From Iphione sp. A-MEVVRFRX5 (lineage: Eukaryota), in assembly GCA_976226885.1 (NCBI GenBank), contig OZ320316.1:34038001-34102000 (forward strand): a stretch of DNA of 64,000 bases, in the 5' to 3' direction. The notes beneath the pieces are model-generated. The model was not told the DNA's origin. It was given only the letters and a program-made list of their open reading frames with translations, and did no database searches. Below are positions 47,901 to 60,096 of this stretch, in pieces (positions within the stretch are counted from its first letter, which is position 1; each line of letters starts with the position of its first letter). Made by a program: the position numbers and the translations under genes.

Positions 47901-50900
47901 ATATCTCGGCGAATTCTGACGACTTTTACTCCTTGTCTGGGTTGTTCCCACACTGCAGACAGGCTTCTCCGACTTGTCATCCCTCTCTGAGCCGTCAGCA
48001 TCACTTTCAATCAGTTCCCACACATTGTAGACGGTCCTTGGCCGATTCTGACGAGTTTTACTACTTCTCTGTATTCAAACATTGTCTCCACACTTGTAGA
48101 TACACCTCGACAACTTTGACAGCTTTTGCGAGCTTGCCTCTTACTTGACCACCCCTCCCGACCGCTACCCACGCTAGTTTTGGCGCCAAAATCACGATAT
48201 GATGCTCCTGTGGGTCCCGAGGGATTTCCTGCCTCCCCGGCTGGCTGAGCGTGGTCTACTAACCACTTCACGAGTGTTTATAATCACAATTTCCTCATGT
48301 AACCTGCACACAAATGTGAGGAGCGTCCTTCTCTGTGTCTAACCACACTTTTACCTTGAAATCTTCTCTCCTTTCTAAGGAAATACAGCATTTAAGCTAA
48401 GCAAAGTCAGTATTCAACATGGCGGCCAACTCGGCCGTTACAGTGGGGAGCAACATGATTCAACACTCACCACCACTATTTCACACATATAGTTACTCAC
48501 ATATGCACAATAGTCCCTCTTCTGTGTCTGTCCACAATCCTGTTGATGTGTCCTCTCTCCTTTCTAGGAATCCAGCATTTAAGGTAAGTGTCCTACTTCA
48601 CTCCTCCTTTGTTGTGAGTAACTCCCCAGGCAGTGCACAAAACTTGATTTCCTTGGTAAATCCCTGTTTAGGACTCACTCAAAACTTGTTCCATTGATGC
48701 TCCTCATGTTCATCCTCGTCGCCATTGTAATATTCCCTTGCTGGGTAATAATAAGACAGATTTAACTTGGGTTTTCTACTCCTTTACTTCACTGCACATG
48801 TGGTGTTACTCCATGGCTCCTGGGTGGTGGTGTCTCACTCAGTGTTCACCCCTAACATGTTACCCGGTGGTACTGGTACACTACACATACTGATCTCTTT
48901 AGGTAGATTAGGGTCATCCCGAACACCTCTGTGTGAATGTGGTGAATACAGTATCGGTGCTCTCAAATGTGGTGCCCTTGCTGGACTAAATTTAAAGGCA
49001 AAATGGAATAAATTCTATCCACAGTGGTGCTAAATAGGGGGCAACTACCTGTCAATCCACGGAAGACTATTTCCCCAGTGTTAATGTTTAAAATAGTCAA
49101 CATCTGTTGTCTTCCCGCCTTTTCCTATCAGCACTTCCCGTGTTCGGGTGATTTCTAACCGTAGACTACCATTGAATAACTCGTACTCACTTTTTGACAT
49201 CATAAAAAGTATAGAAGTACAGTGAGCTCTCACTTAGAAGACCACCAGTGGCGCCGGAGAAATATGTTCTCTGTTAAGGTCTGGTCTGCACTGTAGTTTG
49301 TACTAAAAAGAAATATACTTTTGGGCTGCTAAGACTTGGTCTCTACCCCAGTCTGGTCTCTTCTGTGAAAGTCGACTTTACTCCACCTTGCGGCCTCTTT
49401 GGCCAACACTGGACACGATTTTGTACTCGCAAGCTGTTGCCGTAATGTACCTTTTCTAATGGAAAACAGGCTGTCCATCTGTTCTCAGTTATGACTTGGT
49501 TCCACGGGAAGACACTAAACATCTTTCTCTATAGAATAATTCTCTGAGTTCGAGCTACTTTTAAAGTCAGGTGCAGGTGTTACCTTGGAGAACAATATCT
49601 ACAAATTCTCTGATGGATCTACTCTTTTCTTTCACATTTCTGTTATCTCTCATGCAGCGCCTTATCACCCTAAAGGGGGAAGCTGACCATCTCCAGAACC
49701 AGAACAACAAACTCCAACATCGTCTGAAGGATTCCATCGACAATTTCCGGTCCCGTCTGGTCAAATACATCGATGACATAGCTGTGAGTTAATTGAAGTT
49801 TGAATACATGTACTAAATGGCGTCCCACTTTATTTTTACTCGCTTTTTTTCCCAGGGGAACAAACAGCAGAATATGCATTTGGGGAAGGGGAAGATAAAA
49901 TATTCACCTGGACTAGAGAAAACAAAATGATCACCCCTTCCTGATTCCAGCCATTGCTTGCACCACCATTGCTTAAATTCACAGTCATTATTTTCTTCTT
50001 CGTGTTTTGCAACGATATACATGTATATGTTCACGAGAAATCCACGCCAAAGCATGATAGCTTCGGATACTTCACAGTGGTATATGTTCACCGGGAAAAG
50101 GTATGAATTGCTATAATTCGAGCTGGCTTTGGTGCAAGTTAGTTATGGAGAGAGTTGGTTATGGGACGAATTGTCCTGGATCTGTGTTTTTTTTCAATGC
50201 CCCCTTCTAATCTCAGATGTCTTTGTCTCTGTGTTAAGGCCAAGGTTCATTTGTTCTTTGCTTCTTCCTTTAGGAATACATGGATAGTCGTGGTGACAGT
50301 CTGCGCAAAGCAGGTGAGCCAGATATGAGGCAGTATGTTGATGGGATGTTGGCTGATATGCGGAAAGCTCACAGGCAGCGAGAGGAGCAGCTCAGTCAAG
50401 CTGCACAGCAGTACTGCAATCAGCTCAAGGCAGTAACACACACCCATGAGCAAGTTCTCATTGCTTATAGGTCAGTGTTAAAGATATGTAAAGTTTTTAG
50501 AAGATAATGTGATTAATGTTACAAATATGCTCTAGGCAGAAGGATTGATTCATAAATATAATAGCGCTTAATATTTTAAGTGATATTTAGCGTAATTTGC
50601 CAGTGTGTTTTTAGTAATTGCTGTAAAGTTAGAATTTTGTACTTCAGGTGGTCTATTAATATGCCTAAATTGATATGGTACAATTTCTTGATTAACAGTA
50701 AAGTAGTGCGAGAAGTTCCTCTGTACATGTACATGAAATGAGATATAAAAATTGATATCGTTTTAAAAAATGTTCCTTTTTACCTTGTTCAAATGTACCC
50801 AAATAGTGAGCTGAGGGAAAAACTAGGAAACAGTCAGTTAAACGACCTCGAACAGGGTCCAGATGTGGGTGAATTAACCCTAAATGAACCTGAGTTTGCG

Positions 50901-53010
50901 TCTGCTCATCAGAAAGAGATTGAAAAGTTACGTGAGCAGCTTGAACGTGCTCACCGCCAGTTGGAATCACTAAAGTTGGGCGTGAGTAGAAAATGTTTAG
51001 TACTGACCTCATATACTTTATACTTTCAGACCTCAATTCTTTGAATCTCTATGGTTTTCCAGAATTTTGCCTGAACTACGGAATGATTTGAAGAATGAAA
51101 TCGTAGTAAAATATAAAATAGTAAAGCTATTGTTTTTCTCATGTTCAAAGTATTGAAAAACTCCAACTTTTGAATACTGAAACAGAGTAGAGAGGTTTGA
51201 CTGTAATATCCGTCACAAGGCAATCACTTGTCGAAAGTAGGTCAATTTTATCTCAGCAATTGGTGAGCGGTTACAAAACTTCATAACTTTTATCCACTAT
51301 TTGCTAACCTTGAATTTCCATACGGTTTGTTAAAATATGCAGTCCATGTAATCAAGTTCACACTACTTTATATACAGTGGAGACACATTTACTCTTCGGA
51401 TATCTAATTACAAAAGTGGTTTATCCTTTGACATCCTCAATTGTAATTGAGGATCTGAATGCGTCCAGTTAATATTAGAACACGTTTAATTAAGATTAGG
51501 CCATAACTAGAGCGTACAGGAAATTCATATTAATTTTTTGCTGGTTACAACAGAAAATATACGTCTTTTTTCAGCTTAAAGTCGATCATTTAGGTGATGA
51601 AACTAAGACCAAGTAAGTATCTGTCTTTTCCTTTGGCCTCGTAACTGATCTTACTGTATCGTTGCTCTGACCATAAGTAAGTCCTTTGTCCGTTCTTAGT
51701 GCTGTTTTCGTTTGGTAAATACTGAATAGTTCATTCCCAATTTTTATCACCCCTTCCTTCCTATCATTTGTAAAAACCCCAGCTTCTTATCAATTACAGA
51801 CATCTCTCGGTTCTTTAAAAAAAACTATCAGTATTACAGATATGTTCGAGCCATATATGGAATATTTCCTTATGTGGACTAGTTCCTTTAAAAAAAAGTG
51901 TCCTCTACACGTCTCTCCATCGGCAAGAAGTATACTGTCGTGTTTCAAATCGCTTCGGCCACCATTCAATCACGTTCATCGATATTCATGATTCAGGCGT
52001 CCAGATCCAGGGCAACCTGGGCAGCAGACATGGGCAGCATTGAGACGCCAGATGAGAGAGTGGTCTGAGTCCACGCAGCAAGAGCTGGAGCAGGAACGTG
52101 CACGCTTACTCACCAACAACACGCTCCTGGAGGAGGAGAATAGTGAGCTGCGCTCCTATATCGAGACTCATCTCAAGAGGTGGGTCAAAGACAGAGTACT
52201 CTACGTAATGACAGCATTGCACCATGATTACGAGGCCAGGAAGCAAACGCAGCGCTACTGTGTCTGATCTCCAATAAATATATGGTACTTTACATACCAG
52301 CAAGGTATTAAATCATAACCCCGACAATATCACCAATGAATAGACTGGACTGTTAAAAGTGGCCCACCTATCTAACCTGGACTAATGCTAGTCCTGCGTT
52401 TTGTTGATGAAATGAGGACCAATTTGTATTCCCAATGAATTAGTTGATATTTGATGAATTACAATGAATTTCCACTGCCAAACGGTAAAGTTTCAATGAG
52501 TGAATGTCACTGGGAACCTTGGAGGGATATTAGGTAGAACTTGACTGAACACTTTACAGGATGTCTTATGGCTGCCATGATAAATTCTGTCAAATGGCCA
52601 TATTTGAATATATCTGAAGTTAAACGATGTCATCATAAGACATTAAATTGAGGTTACCAGGGATGGCCTTAAATGACCTGAAATAATATACATGATGGCA
52701 CGCGTCGTACCACTATCACACCAAAGGCACCATTATATGATTAACAATATTAACATTGTGTTACTTCATATGAGATAACTGCACAAGTATGTAGCCTGGG
52801 TTGCTTGAGGAACTCACCTGTACAAACCGAGATTCAGTTATTAGTTTCCGGATTTCACGCCAGGTGTCAGCAGGTCTAGAATTTTACGTCGGTCAGAGAC
52901 ATTGTTAACATTGATCACTTTAATATATATACATGTATACACAAGTGCCTTCGGCACTTGCATTCGAATTTGATACTCTCTCTCTGTTTTTCTTTCTTGC
53001 TCTCTCTCCC

Positions 53011-53048
<38 letters not shown>

Positions 53049-54123
53049 TCTCTTATTGCTTATTGGTATATCAACACACTTCCTTTTGTAAAAGGCTCAC
53101 CGATTGGCCGGCTCCCCTTCAGGCATGCACAGTGGCTAGAAAGTATGGGGACTACTTCCAAGAGCTGTTATATAAGTGTGGTGTAACTATCCCGACTGCA
53201 TCGACCTCTGTACTGTCTTTCATAACCAGACAGCCATCTGCACGCGTCAAACACTCCTCATTCCTTTCATCTTTTATTGCTATTCCGCCTTAGTCACACG
53301 TCTTCCAAGTCCAAGTGAGCTTTTGACCCATGGAAATTGGGAGAGGCTGTGGGGGCTGATACCGGAGTTCGTTTAACTGTCAAAAGTTAGGTTAACTGAG
53401 AGCTGTTGACAGTATCCCACTGAGAAGGGAACAACTTCTGGTGCTGAGCCAACCCACAGGCACAAATAAAGTCTTTGGAAAGAAGACCAGGTCCAAACCG
53501 CTCAGCACCACATTCTATCTAATTTTGGCACCTCCCTTGGCCGCCCCAGCAACATCTGATGACAAGGTAATCAACAGACAGATTGCACTCAATTCCAGGC
53601 CGCCACTCAGGGGCGCAGGTCGCGGTTGTTGGTGTTGAGTTGATATTACTAGATGTCATCGGCCCCAGCCCTTGGAGTGACCCGGTTATGTNNNNNNNNN
53701 NNNNNNNNNNNNNNNNNNNNNNNNNNNNNNNNNNNNNNNNNNNNNNNNNNNNNNNNNNNNNNNNNNNNNNNNNNNNNNNNNNNNNNNNNNNNNNNNNNNN
53801 NNNNNNNNNNNNNNNNNNNNNNNNNNNATGTCTATAAGCTGGCCATGTCTGCTATATAGTCCGTCCATAACGTGGCGTTCCAGGGAACCAAAGTTTGAGA
53901 ACTGCAATGTGTGTACAGTGTCCTGGCAACTTGTGCCTATCTGGACCATCTCGTCTAACCTTTATAACTGTTGTTTTCACTATGTACAATATTGTTTATT
54001 TGTCCATGTTTCAGGTATAAGGATGAGATTAGCCGGCTGCGAGAGATGATTGGGGTGACGGATGCTGGAGGTCTGGTCAGCCCAGGACCGGTCACACGGA
54101 GAGGTGTTGATCGCCTGCGATAG
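35601..54123 (+). CDS. CCDC78: CCDC78-like protein with N-terminal kinesin-like domain, ~918 aa, 20 coding exons
   Basis: Exons 35601-35716, 36397-36614, 37089-37252, 37557-37700, 37962-38158, 38560-38734, 39222-39350, 39778-39909, 41312-41398, 42205-42384, 42984-43151, 43582-43632, 43989-44077, 44701-44779, 49658-49783, 50274-50470, 50807-50981, 51575-51612, 51997-52179, 54015-54123 (2757 nt, GT-AG, phases close). DUF4472-like VSKTLVEMQIENNKLKEEMEAAKFEL. The C-terminus WAALRRQMREWSESTQQELEQERARLL...YIETHLKRYKDEISRLR resembles vertebrate CCDC78. The exon 1 donor and exon 3 acceptor are less certain. Confidence 0.85.
45095..46990 (-). CDS. Gag-protease ORF (631 aa) with in-frame deletion of RT/RNaseH/integrase core
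   Basis: Gag WKRWKRAFNLY...FERHLFRQLEQ, two Cys/His knuckles (CFRCNKKDH..C, CSKCGRMGHFAVC), aspartic protease LIDSGAS. No YxDD or RNase H/DDE motifs before the stop. Confidence 0.92.
   Translation of the reverse strand: MAPTETRSMAERASGNSSSSGFNTGTVDGLKTLEVSSLPCFDPKGEPTTLCARWKRWKRAFNLYVTSRGVTVEEQKVALLLHTGGMELQEVFYTLVPEETGMSLKECIDRLDAHFIPTVNVPFERHLFRQLEQGAGETVDQFVCRLRHKAVSCEFTDVDEAIRDQLIDKCREQRLRRKFLEKTGNATLKDLEDIARAYEAVEAQMKSMTRTEASTEVNAVHRKCNFSKGNKEEHKGARGATREGSSGHGSRKRCFRCNKKDHLAKDQECLAQGKECSKCGRMGHFAVCCRTKGQDTRQKRQREKHQEEGKTYQVNYGASSSGQVGGYGDYIFAVGAEKMDGMVDLEIGGVKLRSVLIDSGASCNIMDKATWNMMKCNKVQCVSRLSNKKLFTYGQVKPIEVLGIFEAEIVCPASKEHCRDEFTVIKGTGRTLLGKQTAERLNLLRVGPPESPRVHSTTAKGNDSDIEQKDSNVSTNIGNWKEVQRKSHVNEATRLEAKLVRRLPCCQCEKGDEAIIRQHSGTTEKEDAKRKVKRKVKKNMEKNLKDATLKTEDRTMTREERTRKMEDEKVKTKDGTAEATFIYVKGKKKDSQSAPNFNSEQYSVKSKEGYELSSIGTLGDLGHHDCVLKYI
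48711..48724 (-). other. Primer-binding site complementary to tRNA-Ser(GCU) 3' end
   Basis: TGGCGACGAGGATG, 1 nt inside the 5' LTR. It complements the recalled metazoan tRNA-Ser(GCT) terminus ...CATCCTCGTCGCCA. Confidence 0.8.
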
Positions 54124-54324
54124 GAACCTGGCTCTTGTAGAAAGCTGTATATTTATCTGTCAGGAGCCATGCTAAAGTATTGATTTACTTTGATAGCCGT
54201 GAAAAGCAATATAAACTAACAAAAGTAGATGCATACTGAACATTTAAATTGTCAGTTGAAAAACTGTTCCAGTCACAGATACAACTTAGAGAGTGGACAA
54301 AGCCATCCATTGTACCTGCTCTTC

Positions 54325-54507
54325 CAGGCCCATAGCCAGGAATTGTTGTGGGGGGTATCAGGCGATACCCCCAATACCCAAGAGGTAATCCTCCTCGAGA
54401 TCAAATGTCTATACGTAGGCCTATAGGCATTAGGTTTTGTGTGTGTGTGTGGGTGGGGGGGGGGTTATCAGATGATACCCCCGGGTACCCCCTTAGCTAC
54501 AAGCCTG
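54325..54507. mobile_element. hAT-like MITE (family of 13421-13794)
   Basis: The start CAGGCCCATAGCCAGGAATTGTTGTGGGGG matches the reverse complement of 13760-13794. End GCTACAAGCCTG. Flanks TCTTC/TATTC. Confidence 0.65.
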
Positions 54508-54626
54508 TATTCCCACATCAAATCAATGTATAATCTCTAATGCAATATACATGTGTTTAGGGTACTTTGTCTCCTGCCAGTCTGTTAACAAATAATCAGT
54601 AAGGTCTCGCTACCGCGAATCTTCAT

Positions 54627-54696
54627 GGTTGTAAGAGTTTTTTGTCTGACGTAGAGCATAATTATGCTCTACGTCAGACAAAAAACTCTTACAACC
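54627..54696. repeat. Perfect 70-bp palindrome (35-bp arms, no spacer)
   Basis: GGTTGTAAGAGTTTTTTGTCTGACGTAGAGCATAA followed directly by its exact reverse complement. Confidence 0.97.
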
Positions 54697-55627
54697 AAAA
54701 TGTACATAACAACACTATCGTTACCTGATATGTTTGAATAATAGAGGGATTCAAAGCTAATTTTGTCAGTTTCATGGAAATAGTTGTAAATCTTATTACA
54801 ACCTCACATCCACCATATTTATGAATATAATGGAAACTAGTCAGTAAAGATGTCGCTGTGTTTGGCTCATCAGATTTCAGCAAGTGCCTAAATCCTGAAA
54901 GAGATGGATAGAAATTCCACATGAATCAGTTTTCGCCTTCCAAAGGACGCCTTGGCCGCTTGTGTAATAATCTGTTCTGGCTAGATATCATGGGACCATT
55001 AACTGACCAGTAATGATATGTGATGCTCTGTGAATGATTTGTATGTACATTGTACCCTCGTAAGCAGTCGTTAATTCTTCAGTGGGAATGTATATACACG
55101 TACTTCAACATTGACAACCAATAGTCGTCTCTCAGCATTGATTAAGAGTAAAACCACTTCGCTGTTTTTCTGTCTGATGTTATAGTATCCACAGAATTCA
55201 TACAGAGACGTGTAGCATTCATTTCCAAATGACATTAAGAAGTTTCCAGATCCTAGCACGCTTCGGCGTGGCGTTGATCGGATTTCAAGCAAAGAAAAAG
55301 CTCTCAGGGGGTCAGGAAGTAATGGTGTAATTTGGCACGCAACAGGCATGACAAAAGCCCCGCCCTCTGAAAACCGACGATTTCCTACACTACTTAGGGT
55401 CGCGTATACTGAGCACAACTCCATCAATGCAGTTCAGGATAGAGATATTTTTGCCATTCATAACTGCCACATTTAGCACTCGGGAATGCACTAATGATGA
55501 AAATTCGGTATATGCTTAGGTTTCTCGGATATGGTTATGAAATGAGTTACATTATGATTTTCCGATACCAGTCCGCCGTAGGTGAGCTCAATACTGCTAC
55601 TATGTGTACGTATCCGCATCCACACCT

Positions 55628-55785
55628 GCACCTGCATCTGTGTATACTTCAGATCAGTCAGGAGGCAACCTTGTGCCGATGCGGATATACAGAGGACGAT
55701 ACTCCACTTGTTTCTAAATCGCTATTACATGTTCTAACCCCGTGTGTCTGCATCCTCACTCTGAAGTATACATAGATGCAGGTGC
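55628..55785. repeat. Inverted repeat, 26-bp arms (25/26 match) around ~106 bp
   Basis: GCACCTGCATCTGTGTATACTTCAGA / TCTGAAGTATACATAGATGCAGGTGC. Confidence 0.8.
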
Positions 55786-57037
55786 GGATACGGATACATG
55801 GGAGCTGCTCTGTACATGTACATGCATACATACGGATGATCTTATCTTGATCTTGATCAGTTGTGGGTACATTTTAGTCAATAGAGTAAGCTATACTGAT
55901 GAACAGGGATCAGTTCAACCTTGCCAGTGTAAAGAAATATTCCTGTGGTAGTCCTGGGACGTTACCTGTGTCAGCATAGTTCTCTTTTCCCAGTGAATAC
56001 AAATTTCCTCCTCGGAATAAAATGTTCCAGCATGCGATGAGTTGTGGACGTGAGAACAGGTAAGCAGACAAGAAAAATGGACAGTTTTTTTTAAAAGAAA
56101 GAGACACTAGCGATGGGCGATGGAACATAGGATGGAATTAAATTTAAGTTATTGAAAATCCATTAAATAACGAACAACTCATGTATTGTCTGCCGCGGAT
56201 TGTCTGCCACATCTTGCCAGCAAGACAATGCAAGGCAAACTAACGTTTGCAAATAGCTTGGATAAGCTTGCCTGTGCACATTTCTACTGCCATCTAGCAT
56301 AACTGTCAACGTCTTTTATAATATTATAGAATCCTTGACGTCAATGAAATTGGTTTGAGTATCATGTTTAGTATGGATACCTTTCCATCGCATTTTTTCA
56401 ATAATACTGCCATTCGCACCTACGTCAGAGTGAACCTATTTCTCACCCCTACCATCTGAGCTAAATCAACCGTACCTCTTCTCTTGAGTGTTTCGCCTTA
56501 GTGGTACTTTGCTTAAAAGGAGGCAAGAAAGGAGGCAATTACATGTTTCGGCAGCTTGACCCTCTTCAATTTACAGTCCTAATTCCCAATTTGCAAGAGA
56601 CAGACGCAGCGTCTTTCACGACGCTATTCGATGGGTTGCCGTCGCGAGATGTCCTCGCAGGGAGCCTTCACTTTCCACGTTTGCCGCTAGAGGTGAAGTG
56701 CATGTATTGGCCTTGTTACATGATGAAGGGACGCCTTTTGGAAGCGTTTCCTCCAGAATAAGAGTACAAACAATACCTTGTTATATAGAATGCAATGGTT
56801 TTAAATAACGACACTGTAAATTTATTGTACGCCTATTCGTGTGGTTAACCTGTTCAAGACTAAGTGATGAAAGTTGTAGTAAAGTGGATCTACCTTCATT
56901 GAAGGGGACAATGTTTGTTTCTAACTAACAATCAACCTAATTAGAATGTACTTAATATCGAGACTTAAAAATCTTAACATCTCACTTTTTATCCCTATCC
57001 CAATCTGTCACCCTCTCAACATGTCAGTTTTCCATAT

Positions 57038-57114
<77 letters not shown>

Positions 57115-58435
57115 GTGTAAAAGTGCAAGGTAAAGGCGGAAAGGACGAGCATCCGAAATGGAGATTTTCTCAAAGAAAAGTTTTACAGGTAGATAGCTAA
57201 AGAAAGTAAGAAAATCAGAAGACCTCCCAATATATTTAGTGAGTTTGATCCCAGGCCCATAACCACGGGAGTTTTGGTAGTTCACCTGGACCCTCGACAG
57301 ACCAACTCGCTTTCAGCTAGCTGGTAGTATTATGCACTTTCATGCTACATATTATGTACAATGCCTGAGTTCGCATTAGTGAATAATTTCTAATTAATTA
57401 ACATCAACAAAACTATTTTAAGGGCTCAATTATCATGCTCTGACAGTTTCAATAGGACCCCAAATGAACCCGTACCTCCATGAAGGGGCAAGCTATGTGT
57501 GTATAGCCCTTGTTAACTTACTGCTCAGCATACTTCTCTCCAATATGGAAACATACATGTACTAAGTTTGTCGGTACTCATCGTCTCATAATCTAAGTAT
57601 GCTGTATTGTCTTCGCATGACAAACAAATGCATAGCTTGTGCATCAGTTTCACAATCTTGGGCCCAGCTTCCATATCTGCATTGGTGTCCATGTGTGTTG
57701 TGGTGCATTGAGGTGTGTTTTTATACATTATGTTGACTTAATTGAGGCGTCTTCTATGTGCATGTGTGCATTGAGGTGCATCCATTGTTGATTATTGAAC
57801 ACTGCTTGATGATTTAACACACAGATGCACAAACACAAGCTTATTTCCTCACCTCTGCAGTGATTAACCATGTTTATTCACAAATCTGTCCCTTTTCATA
57901 CTTTTCCTTGTTATTTTCACCATTTTCACCGGTTTCCCTTCAAATTTGTCCATTCACATACTTTTCCTCAGTTTTCATGGCTTTTCCCATCAAATTAATC
58001 CTTTTTCGTACTTTTCCTTGTCATTTCCACCAGTTTTCAGGGCTTTTCCTGTCAAATTCGTCCTTTTTTCTACTTGAACCATAAAATCTCCTGCAGCCTC
58101 GTGCAGCTTATATGGAACACCTCACTCCATGAGGCTCCATGAAGCTGCTTGAGAAACGAAATGCATAGTGACAGATGCAGAGTTCTAGCACAGCCCATGC
58201 CGCCCAATTCACATATGGAAACTGGGTCTTATAAATTTATTTGGTAGTCTCAGCAGGTGCTCACTATAAGATGCTTGCTACATGTGACAGCACAGCATCA
58301 TTGTAATAAAATACATGTATATGACATCTCTGCAGCAGTATCTCTCTAAAAAATCTGACTACCCGCCACCTGGTTTGATCTCAGAACTCTGTTGCGTACA
58401 TACGTTATGTGTTGTTTCTTTCTACTCCCCTTCAA

Positions 58436-58783
58436 GGCCAAAAAAATAGGTGTGTTTCTGGTAACCCACCCCTACCTAGTGAAACCTCACCCTACCTAAA
58501 AAATGTTTGGCCCCAAAGAGTTTCCAAGGCTGAATTTCCTTAGATATGTGTTTTCATGACATATGTTCTTGGTAAATTCAGTAAAAAAAAACCAGAATCC
58601 ATGGAAATTCACCAAAAAATTGTAAAACTCATACAAATTAGTCAAAATTCTTCATGTTGTCTTTATTGTTATTGAAAACCAAAGGAAGAAAGTGGACAAA
58701 AATTTAAAAGAAAAAAAGATACCCCCCCTCCCTACCTAGATTTTTGGCTGGTCATGACCAGAAACACACCTATTTTTTTGGCC
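58436..58783. mobile_element. PIF/Harbinger-like MITE
   Basis: Long TIR GGCCAAAAAAATAGGTGTGTTTCTGGT and its reverse complement, subterminal CCTACCTA motifs, flanks CAA/TAA. Confidence 0.75.
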
Positions 58784-59775
58784 TAATGAAGGTAGATGAG
58801 TACACATCAGTTTCCGATTCCAGTGAGATATTCCGTTTTCATATATTTAGGTCCATTCCTGAATTACACAGTACTTTTCTCAAAAAACTGCTGAAGATTA
58901 CTTGAAGGTAAACTGACGAAGTTTCCATCATGGTTCCAGCGTCTTATAAAGGACACAACTCACTCAAGCTAGCCATATTTGACTCGAAGGAATCATCCGT
59001 GGGTGTAAATTGAATCGTCGAATGTTTTATTCGTAAATTTTACCAGGCTAGACACGTTTCCTCGTGAGAAACTGATATATAAAGTCACCTCTAATATTAT
59101 CTCGTCCGACAAAGTAAGACAATGTCTGCAGTTTTGTCGATGAAATAGGAGAGCCATTAAATGGAAATGCCAGTGAGCTACCGCTATAATCTCATGTGTT
59201 CTTACGTCGCGGGGAGGTAAATAGTCTCGCTATAAGCACCTAGTTTATCTTCAAGTCGCTTACGCAGCTTTTCTCGTTCCCTCAATATACCCTTTTTCTT
59301 CCGGCCTCTCTCCACCTCTCTCTTCATCTATCTATCCATCTCCCTCTGTCGCTTGTTCGCTCTGTCGCTCCCTCTTAAATATACTTCATGATAGTCTATA
59401 AGCTACTAAACAAACTGGAGTTGTGTCGCTGAATACTAGTACGGATCTTGATGACAAACTCTAGTAGCTAGGTGTATTACTGTGCATTAAAAACTACCTT
59501 CCAGACAGACTCCATGAATTTAACTTACATCTGCTTGCGGAAATCCACATGTATGATGATCTCGAAGATTTTTCTTTCTTGAAAGGGTACACAAATGAAA
59601 CATGACCTTCGACAAGATTTAAATGACATGTAGTTCTCACAAACCGTGCCAATATACATTTACCGACATGAGGGAAAATGATCGAGAGGATGATGCTTTC
59701 ATAGACCATAGGTAATAATGATGTCTCTTAGTAATGATATTGTATGAATTTTTGGTATAATTAAGGTGTTCTTTA

Positions 59776-60096
59776 GGTCTAGTAAAAACAATTCTGTGTT
59801 TCCGGTAACCCAACCGACCCTACATTAGAGCCAATTGTAACTTTTTCTCCTTGTTTAAAAAAATAACGTCAGAATGAATAAAGGTAGAGACACATACTGC
59901 ATCATTTTGTTGCTTACATTGTTAGCTTTTACTTGATATATATTTCATTAAGATCTAAGATGTATAAGTGGCATTACCATACACATCTGTTGCTTTCAGA
60001 ACCTTTTAGCATTGGGAAAAAAAGAAAAAAATGAGACCTACCAACTGACCCTGTATTTTTCAGCTTGTTACCGGAAACACAGAACTTTTTTAGGCC
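59776..60096. mobile_element. Second PIF/Harbinger-like MITE, related TIR design
   Basis: TTCTGTGTTTCCGGTAAC / GTTACCGGAAACACAGAA plus terminal A-run/GGCC, subterminal GACCCT motifs. Confidence 0.65.

Larger units (their letters stand above)
44891..48885 (-). mobile_element. Non-autonomous Ty3/gypsy LTR retrotransposon (gag-protease only), 3995 bp, antisense in CCDC78 intron 14
   Basis: Identical 160-bp LTRs (44891-45050, 48726-48885; TG...CA), 5-bp TSD CATAC (44886-44890, 48886-48890), PBS at 48711-48724, PPT GAAGAAAGGAAGGGA ending at 45051. Confidence 0.95.

Noticed and set aside
55216-55470. + frame containing RRGVDRI, echoing RRGVDRL in the last CCDC78 exon (duplicated terminal exon?)
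   Set aside because: Only 6-7 aa, with no phase-compatible acceptor (exon 19 ends in phase 2). A borderline chance match.
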